DNA from: Octopus sinensis
Taxonomy: Eukaryota
Length of the DNA stretch: 64,000 bases
Direction of reading: 5' to 3'
Assembly: GCF_006345805.1 (NCBI RefSeq)
Contig: NC_043002.1
Span: forward strand, 30,008,001-30,072,000
How positions within the stretch are numbered: position 1 is the first letter of the stretch; each line of letters begins with the position of its first letter. A program made the position numbers and the translations under genes. The notes under the pieces are model-generated. The model did not search any database and was not told the DNA's origin. It was given only the letters and a program-made list of their open reading frames with translations. Shown piece after piece: positions 1-12,117 of the stretch.

Positions 1-195
1 GTTTAACATATACAAATATAGGCATATATGTATATATGTATACATGTATGAGTGTGTGCGTGCGCGCATACATGCGAGTGAGTGAATATATATATAGAGA
101 GAAGGACGGGATGACAGAAAAACTAACAGATAGCTAGAGAGAGAATATGAGTGAGAGAGAGAGATGGGAGAGGGAAGAGACAGACACATAGAAAA

Positions 196-591
196 TATTC
201 TTTTCTGCTCTAGGCACAAGGCCCGAAATTTGTGAGGAGGGAGCCAGTCGATTAGATCGACGCCAGTACGCAACTGGTACTTAATTCATCGATCCCGAAA
301 GGATGAAAAGCAAAGTCGACTTCGGCGGAATTTGAACTCAGAGCGTTAAGACAGACGAAATACCTATTTCATTACTACCCACAAGGGGCTAAACACAAGG
401 GGGACAAATAAGGACAGACAAAAGGATTAAGTCGATTACATCGACCCCAGTGCGTAACTGGTACTTATTTAATCGACTCCGAAAGGATGAAAGGCAAAGT
501 CGACCTCGGCGGAACCTGAACTCAGAACGTAACGGCAGACGAAATACGGCTACGCATTTCGCCTGGCGTACTAACGTTTCTGCTAGCTCGC
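196..591 (-). mobile_element. tRNA-derived SINE family A, head-to-tail dimer (full copy with tail i fused to 5'-truncated copy with tail ii)
   Basis: Minus strand reads GCGAGCTAGCAGAAACGTTAG (A-box-like) ... GAGTTCAGGTTCC (B-box-like) ... GCCTTTCATCCTTTCGGAGTCGAT..AAGTACCAG core, tail ending GAAATAGG, then TATTTCG and a second core; many homologous copies in window. Confidence 0.85.
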
Positions 592-1870
592 TGTCACACA
601 TAGGAAATATTGAAATTATTTTGTTGGAATACTGCGGTCTACGCATTTATGAATTCGTCATGATGATTTTGAGTCTTCGCATAAGAATTTGATTTACTTC
701 AGTGTAAAGAGACAAAGAGAAACAAAATATAAATTTTCTTTTGTTTTGTTTTTCTTCGCTCAACAGCAACCAAATGTGTCACTGATTTGTTGCCTTGAAT
801 CCGTGATATTTGTTTGGCTCTTCTGTGTTACTCTGCGAAATGGCTTTATGTATCTTGTGTGCTTTAATGTTTTTGTGTTCTTTGAAACGGGATTAATAAG
901 GGTCTTGTTGTATTTACGATTCTGAATTTGATAATTACGAGTTCTAAAGGAATGTATGTCGTCGTTGCTAGAGGAGAACTTAGGAATAATTAGAGACGAA
1001 ATGTTAGCAAATGTAAAATATCCCAAGACCACATCAACAGCAATTACAAGTGCATAACTTTATTCACAACGGAAAGCTTTATAATGAACAGGGACAAAGC
1101 GTTGCTTCGTCATCAAATTTCCAAACAAGTAACGGAAGCCTCCCAATGACTGAAATAAAAATAAAAGCTTTTTTCTTTTTAATTAGTTCGGATCAACGAT
1201 AGAGATCAAAAATAGACTTCATTAAGTAAAATGACCATCAAAATTTTGACATTCTGTTTGTAGCAATGCAAGAAATACTAAGAATAACACGAACCTGAAC
1301 AGGAGGTAGCGAAATGCTTTCTGGAAAATATGGATCATGCGACATGTTTTAAATTTATCTGGAATCCATAATGTTAGGATGCAACGGAGAGGGCAAATAT
1401 GTACAACACAGCAGATATCCTGCTGAATTGCAAAATAAAACTAATATAATGGGTGATTGTATTGACGAATACGTTAGAAATATAGTCGTAACAGCATTGT
1501 TTTGGAAACGAACGTTTAAGAAATTTAGGGAAGAAACAAAAATTGCAAGCTGTGTTCAAAGTTGCTTTTGGTCAATGTTGAATATCGTCAGGTACATCCG
1601 GTGACAAAGTTTTGGTTGTACTTTTGCATCAAATTCGGCATCACTATTGCTACTAATGATTTGGTAGTAATATCTAATACCTACTTGTGCAAGCAGTTTA
1701 TCTGAACTTTTGGTATGTGCAACCCGAGAAAATGTAATAAATCATACGAATTTTGCAAGACTGCATTTTAAAATATTGGTAAAATAAGAATTACAAATAT
1801 TATTCCTGGCTGAGCAAATAAATTTAGTACATATCACACTAAAATTACGGAAAAAGCAGCAGAAATCCCT

Positions 1871-2209
1871 TAGAAGGAGGAGACCCCCTTCGGTCATGAA
1901 TGACCATGGAATTGCACCTAGAAAGTTGCCCTTCCAGGCACAAGTCCGGGCAAGGTTTTTTGTGGAGGCCAGAGTCACCCATGCATACCAGCCTCCCCTC
2001 TCCATACCACTGATGTTATCCAATGGCAAAGGGGCCGATACAGCTTGGTACCAGTAATGTCGCAACTTATTTCTACAGCTGAGTTAACTGGAGCAATGCG
2101 AAATAAAGTGTCTTGCTCAAGAACACAACACGCAGCCCGGTCCGTGAATCGAACTCACAACCTCACGATCGTAAGCTCGACGCTATAACCACTGAACCAT
2201 GCGTCTTCA
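1871..2209 (-). mobile_element. tRNA-derived SINE with CORE-like segment and LINE-like 3' tail
   Basis: Minus strand A box TGGTTCAGTGG, B box AGTTCGATTCA, TGTTCTTGAGCAAGACACTT segment; 11-bp TSD CAGAAATCCCT at 1860-1870 and 2210-2220. Confidence 0.9.
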
Positions 2210-2539
2210 CAGAAATCCCTCAACTACTTATCCTTTCACCTAACAACATCCAGAATATTCAAATCATCTCCCCCCCCATATATATATATATACAGAGTAA
2301 TCCCTCGCCATGTCGCGGTTCACTTATCGCAGTTCACTTATCGCGGTTTATTATTTAAGCTTAAGTCGATTCCTCCGTGGTGCTGTTTTGAATTTATAAT
2401 AAAATAAATGTATACAAATTATAAAAAAAAAAAATTCTAATATTGTACAGTACTGTTTCTATTTCGTAGATTTTCACCTATCAGAACATAAAACCTACGA
2501 TAGTCGAGGAATTATTGTATATACATATATATAATAGAG

Positions 2540-3647
2540 GTTTCGAATCTTGGCATAAGGTTGCAATTTTAGTTTGAGGTGGTAGTTCACTATATCAATA
2601 TCAGTACCCAACTGGAACTTTTTGGCTGACTCTAGGAGGATGAAAGCAAGTTCGACGGCATCTGTACGGTTCTGCCAAACGACACCACAATTCTAATAAG
2701 TGTCATTATTAAAGACACAAAACTATAAATCGTTACCATCGATTATCTAAGTGGTTCTTTATTTATCGACCCTAGAAGTATGAAAGGCAAAATTGGCTTC
2801 GTTGTTATTCGAACTCAGAACATAATGAGCCCTAACTAAATACCTATTTCTTTATTACCCACAAGGAGCTAAACATAGAGGGAACAAACAAGGCCAGACA
2901 GAGTTATTAAGTCGATTACATCGACCCCAGTGCGTAACTGGTACTTAATTTATCGACCCCGAAAGGATGAAAGGCAAAGTTGACCTCGGCGGAATTTGAA
3001 CTCAGAACGTAACGACAAACGAAATACGGCTACGCATTTCGCCCTAACTAAATATCACAATGCATTTTCTCAGACGCTGGTTTCAAATATTGGCACGGGG
3101 AAAGCAATTTTGGGGAGGAGGTAAATCAATTGCATCTATCCCAGTACTCAATGGTAGTTATTTTATCGACCCCGAAAGGATAAAATGCAAAGTCAATCTT
3201 AACGGAATTTGAACACAAAACGCAAAGACGGACAGATTACCGCTAAGCATTTTGGCCGGCGTGCTAACGATTCTTATTTCTCTACAGCCCACAAGGGGCT
3301 ACACACAGAGGGGACAAACAAGGACAGACAAACGGGTTACGTCGATTGTATCGACCCCAGTACGTAACTGGTACTTATTTAATCGAGAATGAAAGGGTGA
3401 AAGGCAAAGTCGAACTCAGCGGAATTTGAACTGAGGACGTAACAACAGACGAAATACTGCTAAGCATTTTGCCCGGTGTGCTAACGATTCTGCCAGTTCG
3501 CCACATTAGCTGATGTCGATTACACTGACACCAAAAGGATTATTGACAGACAATCTCAGCAGATTTTGAACTCAAAACGTAAAGGAGGGCAAAATGCCGC
3601 TAAAATTTTCGCGCGGCGTTCTAACCATTCTGCAAGCTCGTCACCTT
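2540..3647 (-). mobile_element. Cluster of nested and tandem family A SINE copies (at least 5 pieces)
   Basis: Repeated GAAAGGATGAAAGGCAAAGT.GAC..CGGCGGAATTTGAACTCAG blocks near 2770, 2960, 3170, 3400 and a head at 3560-3647. Confidence 0.8.
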
Positions 3648-3669
3648 CACTATTCCCGTAATAATTGCT

Positions 3670-4173
3670 GTAGTTGTTGTTGTTGTTGCTGCTGCTGTTA
3701 TTGTAGTTCATTGTTGCTGTGGTGATGGTGGTAGCGGTTTCTATTCCGTTTTCTTTTCTTATATTTTTTTTTTTTATCATTCTAATCGCTTACTGTCGTT
3801 TTCTTTTCAAGTTGCCGCGCCGCTGCTACTTTCTGTCGTTGTTGTTGTTAGGAGTGATGGTGATGGTAAGGGTTGTTCTTCCTAGTAGTTGTGATGTTTT
3901 TGTTGCTATTGTTGTTGTTGGTTGCTAGTGGTGGTGGTGGTTGTGGTGGTGGTGGTGGTGGTTCTAATATTGCTGGTCGTGCTATTGTTGTTGTCTGATG
4001 GCGATGTTGTCTTCGTCCTTCTTGGTGTTGTTGGCGATGATTTTATCGTAGTAGTTGCTACTGCTGTTGATGTTGTTGTTGTTGTTGGTGGTGGTGGTGT
4101 TGGTGATGGTGGTGGTGGTAGTGTTATTACTGCTATTGGTATTATTGTTGGTGTTGGTGAGTGTGGTGATAAC

Positions 4174-4204
<31 letters not shown>

Positions 4205-4320
4205 TTACTGCTGTTATTGTCGCTGTCAACGCCACCACAACCACCAATAACAACAACATCCCCACCATTACCACCAATAACATTACCACCACCATCGCCA
4301 CTAACATCACCGCCACTCCC
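3670..4320. repeat. Compound degenerate trinucleotide tract (GTT/GGT/GAT/CAC)
   Basis: Direct reading; accounts for the poly-V/T/D ORFs. Confidence 0.85.
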
Positions 4321-4728
4321 GTTGTTTCTTAACCCAGTCGAATTCCTGTAACAAGTTGAATAACCAGAATATCACTCATACTCTTTATAACGTGTCATTC
4401 CAAACATAAATCTATTTTCTCAGTTGATTATATGTTGAAATAAGCATTAGTTCATTCCTCACTATAATAGCTTTGCTTTTTTTATATTGCTTTTATTTAA
4501 AAACTTTTGCCATTGATGTTTTATTTTATTTTTTGTTTAAACTTATTTTCTTGCATAAGACAAGTCCGCTTTTAATGACCAAACTTAATACGTCCATGGT
4601 CACACTTCTCTGTTCGACATTTCGGTTAATTGTATTTAATTTTTACTATTGAAAAATTTCGTTGTTCAACTTTGTCCTCATACCATTAATGTTAGAGATT
4701 AACAATGGCTGCCATCGAATATAGTTTT

Positions 4729-4729
4729 G

Positions 4730-4798
<69 letters not shown>

Positions 4799-4848
4799 AT
4801 ATATATATATCTCTATCAATCTATCTATCTAACTACCTACCTCCCTAC

Positions 4849-4879
<31 letters not shown>

Positions 4880-4923
4880 ACTACCTACCTCCCTACTTGT
4901 CTATCTATCTGTCTATCTATCTT

Positions 4924-4982
<59 letters not shown>
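4729..4982. repeat. (TATC)n microsatellite with internal duplicated AACTACCTACCTCCCTACTT
   Basis: Direct reading. Confidence 0.95.
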
Positions 4983-4983
<1 letters not shown>

Positions 4984-5281
4984 AGCGTGTAATATGACCA
5001 TCCTTAATACTTTCCATATGGACGTAGACATACACAAACACACACACACATATTAACATCATTGTGTGTAACGTTATATATAAAAGCCACTTAACGTCCA
5101 GCTAAAAATTACTCAATAGCATTAAGTCGAATACATATTAATTAATTTACAAGAAGATGGTTGAGTGTGACTTCGAAGTTATGCCTGATAAGCCAAAACT
5201 TCTAATTCTCTGTCAAATATTTCTTTATAAAAATTAGTTTCAAATTTTATAATTACATCTTGAGTGCTCTTTGAGTTAATA

Positions 5282-5527
5282 TTGGTCTGGTTCATAATTA
5301 TTGCGGCTTTTTTCAACAAATTTTATTCAACAAAAGCATTAACATGTAACAAAAACATATTTAAATGTTTATTCCGGAGCATATTCACCATCTACTTCAA
5401 TTGCTGCTTCCTATTTGCTTTCTGATGGTCAGACCGTCATTTAAAGATGTTTCTGTTTAATATTGTTATTGTTTTTGTTGAATAAAATTTGTTGAAAAAA
5501 AGCCGCAATAATTATGCACCAACCCAA
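5282..5527 (-). mobile_element. Mariner-derived MITE (about 246 bp)
   Basis: About 55-bp TIRs TTGG(G/T)(T/C)TGGT(G/T)CATAATTATTGCGGCTTTTTT..CAACAAATTTTATTCAACAAAA, flanked by TA at 5280-5281 and 5528-5529; TIR start resembles mariner TTAGGTTGGTGCA; minus strand retains SK*EAAIEVDGEYAPE*, like a mariner transposase C-terminus. Confidence 0.85.
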
Positions 5528-5599
5528 TATTTTGACGACTTTATATATAATTATGTATGCAACACGCAATTAAATATGTGTAGAGAGAATATAAAATGC

Positions 5600-5745
5600 A
5601 GTCATGATCGTAAGATCGTGGTTTCAATTCCCAGGCTGACTGGTGCGTCGTGTTCTTCAGCAAAATACTTTTTCTCAGATTGCTTTGCGATAATTTCGAC
5701 ACCTGACGCGGGGTGCACCGTGCACTGATTCAGGTAACGTCAATT
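5600..5745 (+). mobile_element. Decayed tRNA-SINE fragment
   Basis: GATCGTAAGATCGTGGTTTCAATTCCC B-box-like region followed by GTGTTCTTCAGCAAAATACTTT, similar to the 1871-2209 element. Confidence 0.5.
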
Positions 5746-5919
5746 TGAGAGAGAGAGAGAGACAGAGAGAGAGAAAGAGAGACAGACAGACAGACAGAGA
5801 GCTGTGCATACATTTGAGTACTATAAACAGCACATACATTTGAGTACTATAAACAAATCATTTGTGTAGGTCGTTCAGCAAGACTCAACACTCATACATC
5901 GTCTTCGACGGGAAAGTAC

Positions 5920-5957
<38 letters not shown>

Positions 5958-6350
5958 TACACACACACACGTACACACACACACACACACACACACTTAC
6001 ATATACACACACATTAAATATATACATTTGATGGACATATAGCGGTAAGCAAGCTAAGACAAGAAATCTCTTGTGCGACTTTTTTACTGATGTACTCGAA
6101 GAGACCCAGAACGACGGGTGAAATATGTGTCGTACTCAATAAAGTATAATACACATTCCATCTTCTATTTCATTAATACTATTACCCCCAACGGCCACTG
6201 CGAAGTTCCTGGAGTAAATGTACAGTTAACAACAGGTAACCTAAACTGTGCCGGTGCTTTATTCATCATCTATTTATACACTGTGTATTGTTTTTCCATG
6301 ATGCATACATACATACATATATATATATGTGTGTGTGAGTGTGTGTGTGT

Positions 6351-6690
6351 GTGGAGGCGCATTGGCCTCCACACACAGCGGACTAGGGTTAGGGCAGCGG
6401 ACTAGGGTTAGGGCAACGGATTCGCGGTCGTAGGATCGCGGTTTCGATACCCAGACCGGGCGTTGTGAGTGTTTATTGAGCGAAAACACCTAAAGTTCCA
6501 CGAGGCTCCGTAGGGGTGGTGGGGATCCCTGTTGTACTCTTTCGCCACAACTTTCTCTCACTCTTTCTTCTGTTGACCTGCTCGCTTAGCCAGTGGGGTG
6601 GTGTCTTTTGAAGGCTAAAACAATGCGAAGCGCAATATGACCAAATGTGTTGCAACATCTGATAGCCTGGTCGGTCACGGTGATCACGGT
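6351..6690 (+). mobile_element. tRNA-derived SINE family B with rearranged 5' end and alternative 3' half
   Basis: Head and body match 18803-19196 up to ACTTTCTCTCACTCT, then diverge; B box GGTTTCGATACCC. Confidence 0.85.
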
Positions 6691-6832
6691 GATATATATA
6701 TAGTGAGAGAGTGAGAGAGAGAGAGAGTGAGAGAGAATTAAGAGACAGAACCTCTATGAAGTAATTCAATTAATAATGAAAGATATATACATTTAAATAT
6801 GTTGACATTGTACTAAACGATACACATTAAAA

Positions 6833-6941
6833 CGACGACGCGCGTTTCGTGACGATATATTCAAATCGAAAATATCAAAATCAATAATCTCAAAAATTAA
6901 TATTTCTTCGATCCAACGATACGTAGCCACTCTTTTGGTCT
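6833..6941 (-). ncRNA. Decayed hammerhead-ribozyme-like motif (sister of 33694-33789)
   Basis: Minus: AGAC-CAAAAGA-GTGGC...GTCAC-GAAAC-GCGC-GTC-GTCG; core CUGANGA mutated to CAAAAGA. Confidence 0.45.
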
Positions 6942-7014
6942 AAATGACATAAAATAAATTTGCAGCATAAATGAATACGTTATAATATACATATACATAT
7001 ACACACACAAACAC

Positions 7015-7100
<86 letters not shown>

Positions 7101-7485
7101 TGTCTGTGTGTGTGTGCATGTGTGTGTATGTGTGTGTGTGTGCGTGCGTGTGTATACAAGATAAAATATTACACGGCTCAAGGTTGGCAACCAGGGTTGC
7201 TGAGTATGAAAATAAATTCCCTAAATTAAGGAATGGGGAAAATTCACAAAAATTCCGCCCCAAAAAGCCACTATTTTTCCTGAAAGTTGTTTTTCTCTTT
7301 TTTATATTTTCTACGGATTGCTTGAATCTCATTTACTTCCTACATCTTGATCCAGTATATATATATATCGCGTGTTGAGTAAAATGTTTTGTAGTAGTTA
7401 GTTAACTTATATGCTTTATTATCCGTGAAGTTACAACTGAAGCAGCCAAGTATTCAAAGTAGAGGCCATCGTGTGGGACTGTCTG

Positions 7486-7632
7486 AAGAAGAAGAAGAAG
7501 AAGAAGAAGAAGAGAGGAGGAGGAGGAAGGGGGAAGGGGAGGAGGAGGAAGAGGAAGAAGGGGAGGTAGAAGAAGAAGAGCAAGAAGAAGTGGTAGAAGA
7601 AGAAGAAGAAGAAGAAGAAGAAGAAGAAAAAG
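7486..7632. repeat. (GAA/GAG)n purine tract
   Basis: Direct reading. Confidence 0.95.
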
Positions 7633-8282
7633 ACGAGTGAGTCGAATAGTGAGTAGAAAATACAAGAAAAGAATTTATGCATTTTCACAGGCAAGCATAT
7701 ATACTGCTAGTGCATACGTGTACACACACATACATATACACACACACAAGCGCACATATTCTTTTTGACAGATATTAATATGTATTGATATACACGCTTA
7801 TTTACGGGCATGTTCACATATTCAAATGAATCATAATACAAGATAACAATTAAACATTCATTTATTCACTCATTAACGCTCGTATGTCTGCACATGTATA
7901 TGTCGTGACGGCTAAATATATACATGCATGCTAATGCACACGTTACTAATTATAGACACTTATACATTCACATAAACACACCAATATATGTCACATTAAC
8001 CCCTGTTTTAAGATATTTCCATAAACGTTTCAAGAAGAAAATCCTATCAAAGATGGTATCGCTAGAAAGGAGGTCATGACGGTTTGAAAAGGGTCCAGCT
8101 GTAATCCAGTTGTTAGGTTACTTACAGGGAATATAAACACCATTGCTATCATATACATCATACACACACGCACATACACGCATACACACACACATTCGTA
8201 CATGCATACTCATATGTATATGTGCATTTCGTGTCTAATGTGAACATCTATGTGTATGCATGTATACACACATACACACATC

Positions 8283-8348
<66 letters not shown>

Positions 8349-9139
8349 CATACACACACACATTAAGTAAAAGGAGGCAGTCAGAATTTGGATTATTCTT
8401 TATTAGCGCTTCCGTTCGTTTAACTGAACTCTTCAAGAAAAATTGAGCCAAAGTAATGTGTGTGTGTCTGTGTGTGTGTATGTCTGTGTGCGCGTGTGTG
8501 TTTTTCTGTTTGTGTTTATGTTTATGTTTTCCAGTTTCAGCTCTTGAGCTGTGGCCATGCTGGGGCACCGCCATTTATATGTATATTCTAAACTTGTAGT
8601 GCGTACTACTTGTCCCCTTAACTTAGCGGTTCGACAAAAGAGAACAATACCATAAGCACTAGGCTTACAATGACTAAGTCCTGGGGTAAGATTATTGAAA
8701 CAAATGAATAAAAGAATATGCAGACAAGCATTGATAGGGATAAGAGAGATAAGGGGGAAGAGTGATGGAGAGAATAAAAAAAATTATAAAAACATATCCT
8801 CTATGAGTGTACAATTGCGAGAAAATTCTTATAATTTAGTCACAGTAGGAAACACCTTGATCACCTTGACCGACCAGTCCATCGGGCGTTCATTTGACAC
8901 CGCTGGTCACAGCATGCTGTCCACTCTTCTGTGGATCGCGCCTTCCTCATCCACATGATCCCAATTGCCCTCCTAAAATCGTAGCTCCACCGTCGTGGAG
9001 GCCTTCCGCTCGCTCGGATATCAAATGTATTCTTAATATATACACGAAATTTTCTTTTTTTTTCTTCCTTATTTGTTTTTTAACGATCTAAGCATTACGT
9101 TACTTCTGCGTCTTATGTTGAATTGACTGGTAAGCATGT

Positions 9140-9345
9140 GGTAGAAGCGATATACGTATATAAAACCCATCATCGACAACCGATGCTGGTGTGTTTACGT
9201 CCCCGTAACCTAGCGGTTCGGCAAGTGTTCGATAGAATATGTACTAGGCTTACAAAGAATAAAGTCCTGAGGTCGGTTTGTTCGAATAAAAAGGCAATGC
9301 TCCAGCATGGCCGCAGTCAAATGACTGAAACAAGTAAAAGAGTAA
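9140..9345 (+). mobile_element. Interspersed repeat family D (SINE-like); further pieces near 8520-8700, 17790-17875, 34150-34320, 44740-44825
   Basis: Shared TAGCGGTTCG.CAA..GTACTAGGCTTACAA..AAGTCCTG and GCTCCAGCATGGCCGCAGTC.AAATGACTG blocks. Confidence 0.65.
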
Positions 9346-9944
9346 ATTAATTCGAATCGCACCTCAGCCCAGTAACTTTTTGGGTTAAGATAACACCATA
9401 TGTATCGTAGGATGGACCAAAAGCTGTTAAGCATTTTCCCCGGCATGCTAATGACTCTGTCAGCTCGCCACCTTATTTCCAGAAAATATTGATATATTAT
9501 CTTGCAACAAAAAATAAATAAAATAAAATCGACTGACAGCGTACCTTAAAACAAAGAGCTTTATATACTTCCAGTATTCGTATAGACTTTAGTTTGTTGT
9601 GCTCGCGATCGTTAGGATGAAGGTTTGATTCCTGGACGGGTATATATATTTTCTTAGTCACCCATCAGCTAAAAGTGCGTACCAGAAGCAGCCGAGGGAT
9701 AACTTTGCGATGGATTAGAATCCCGTTTGTGTGGGTATGTAGTTTTATGTTTGAAGTCCTCTAAATGCCTACCAAGTTCTTATTATCTCCAATTGCTTTA
9801 GCCTATACGCTCCAAGTAGACGTAACAACATTCTTATACATAATACATTCGTTTTTCTTTAAAAAAATTGCTTGTATACAAATTTTCTACGTCTAAAAAA
9901 AGCGCGTTTCGAATTATTACATCCATATTTCATGATATTAATTT

Positions 9945-10230
9945 CTTTATTGCCCACAGGGAGCTAAACATAGAGGGAACAAACAAGGACTGACAAACGG
10001 ATTAAGTCGATTACATCGACCCCTGTGCGTAACTGGCACTTATTTAATCGACCCCGTAAGTATGAAAGGCAAAGTCGACCTCGCTGGTATTTGAATTCAG
10101 AACTTAAAGACGCACGAAATACCTATTTCTTTACTACCTACAATAGGCCAAACACAGAAAGGACAAACAACGACAGACAAACGGATTAAGTCGATTATAT
10201 CTACCCGAGTGCGTAACTGGTACTTATTTA
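9945..10230 (-). mobile_element. Family A SINE tandem dimer
   Basis: Two cores and two tail-i modules joined at GAAATAGGTATTTCG (minus strand). Confidence 0.85.
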
Positions 10231-10971
10231 AACCTGCTTGCCAAAAACTACCTGGCTAACGTTCTTCAAAACTGTTCTGAACCGAAATGCAGATTCTGCG
10301 ACACATTTGACTGAACAATAGACCATCTCGTCTCGGGATGTTCTGTACTGATACCAGAAGAATAGAAAAATCGCCACGATAGGGTAGGACAGTGTTTACA
10401 TTGGAAAGTGTGTAAATACCACAAAATCAGCACTCCTGCTAACATCAACCTGAGCCAGTTGTTGAAGGTGCAAATGTCACTATCATCTGGGATTTTCCAG
10501 TTAACACCAGAACGATTCAGGTTAATCGACCAGATATAATTATTAAAGACAGGGAAGAAAATACTTGTAGAGTATTAGATGTCAATGACCCCACTGAAAG
10601 AAATATGTCTGTCAAGGAATTTGACAAATGAAGCAAATATAAGCGCCTGGAAATTGAAATACAAAAGACGTGGCATCTTGAAGGGAGAACTGTTCCCTAG
10701 GTATCATAAAAAAGGGATGCCAGAAATATCCCAGGACAACCATGTCTCAGAGAAATCCAAAAGACTGTGCTGACAAGTACTGCCCACGACCTTAGAAAAA
10801 CCAATCCATTTAAATGCTTGTGTTGTATTACATGAAGATATTTCACTACTGCCCCTGTCACTTCACCTCACCAAGCTTTTAGTCACACTGTAACATCTCT
10901 TATCCTTCACTCGCACCAGGACGCTGATGTGTCTCGGCAAATGATTATAACAAACATGCAGATTAAAAGTA
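10231..10971 (+). mobile_element. 5'-truncated R4/Dong-type non-LTR retrotransposon (CCHC + RLE + 3' UTR), pseudogenised
   Basis: PKCRFCDTFD*TIDHLVSGC zinc knuckle, TIIWDFPV, NRPDIIIKD endonuclease motif; followed by (TAA)n at 10972-11005. Confidence 0.85.
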
Positions 10972-11008
<37 letters not shown>

Positions 11009-11083
11009 GCCTTGATGCGTTAGGTTATCCTGGTGTTCCAAATAAGATCGAATGTTGAGAAAGCGAATTTTCAAAGAAGCATC

Positions 11084-12113
11084 AGTAGTAGTTGGTATAG
11101 TTTGGTGTTTGATCAGATTCTTGACGGAACAGGTTCATTTCTTTAACTACAAATAAGTTAACACGGATGTTGCTTGCATTAAATCCTAGGAGAAGTAGGC
11201 CATTCAGAGATTTGACTCTGCTGAGAGTAACATATCCCTGACTCGGTATGAATGTTCCCTTTCCTTCCATAAAGACAAGAGTCTTATCCAGAGTCTTCCG
11301 TTGGACTTTATGAATCATGCAGCCCCAAGCCAGTGAGAGTGGGAATTGAATTCGTTTTGCTTCAACTGATTTCTGACCCTTCCAGTGAAGAACTGTACAT
11401 GCTGACGCTTGATAGGCACTTCCCCGGGGTACGAGTGCTTATATGGATACCAGCAATGGCCTCTATGCCAACGCGTTCACTGTCAAATTTCAGTAGGATG
11501 GCATGCTCGTCATTTCCAGTGTGATCAATTCCTGTCACTCTGCCACAGACTCCATTCGCCATCGGAGACATCAATGTTTGCAGTCACTATCACTCTGTTA
11601 CCAATTACTACTGATACGACATCCCTTAAACCTCCAGTCCCTGCTGGTTTTCTTGAAATCAGAACATTAATGAGTCGTGTATGAACGTCCTTCTTGGTAT
11701 AAATTTTCTTGATGTTAAACACTTGAGTGAGAAGCTTTTCCAGATGCTCAGCATTGTGATCATCTACGTCTTTGTTCGTTTTGAATACATGGCGAGCTTC
11801 TGTTGGGTAGCCGTTGTCTGTTTTTCAACAACCCTGGATTTGAGCAAGGTGATATTCTGTATGCATGCACCTATTCTCACCCGCATCAGCAGCTGTCTAA
11901 ACAGTTCATCTGTCTGCCTCATGCTTTCTCTCTGACTTCGATCGAGGTGAAGTTTTCCTCCCAACGTGAACCATGTAGTCGGGCGTAATTGTCAGATGGG
12001 AGGCCAAATACAAGAGTTTGCCCAATAGGCTGAAGCTGGTAAAGGTCACCTACGGCCAAAATACTGACTCCTCCAACACAATTCCATAGATCATTCCATC
12101 CCAAGAGTGACAC
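11084..12113 (-). pseudogene. Decayed PIF1-family SF1B helicase C-terminal half, probably Helitron-derived
   Basis: Frame-shifted motifs GGVSILAVGDLYQLQPIG, RESMRQTDELFRQLLMRVRIG, NIDVSDG..NGVCG, RIQFPLSLAWGCMIHKVQRKTL, GYVTLSRVKSLNGL. Confidence 0.85.
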
Positions 12114-12117
12114 TGAT

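Noticed and set aside
689-1760. Short ORFs suggesting a decayed transposase
   Set aside because: No catalytic or DNA-binding motif found in any frame
196-3647. CRISPR-like repeat-spacer array suggested by regularly recurring repeats
   Set aside because: Repeats are long, diverged SINE cores in a eukaryotic context, with no constant repeat length or cas genes
5807-5855. 26-bp-period direct repeat CATACATTTGAGTACTATAAACA
   Set aside because: Simple local slippage duplication inside a repeat tail
6385-6414. GGGTTAGGG as an interstitial telomere or telomere healing
   Set aside because: Only isolated units inside a duplicated SINE head whose normal sequence already contains GGTTAGGG
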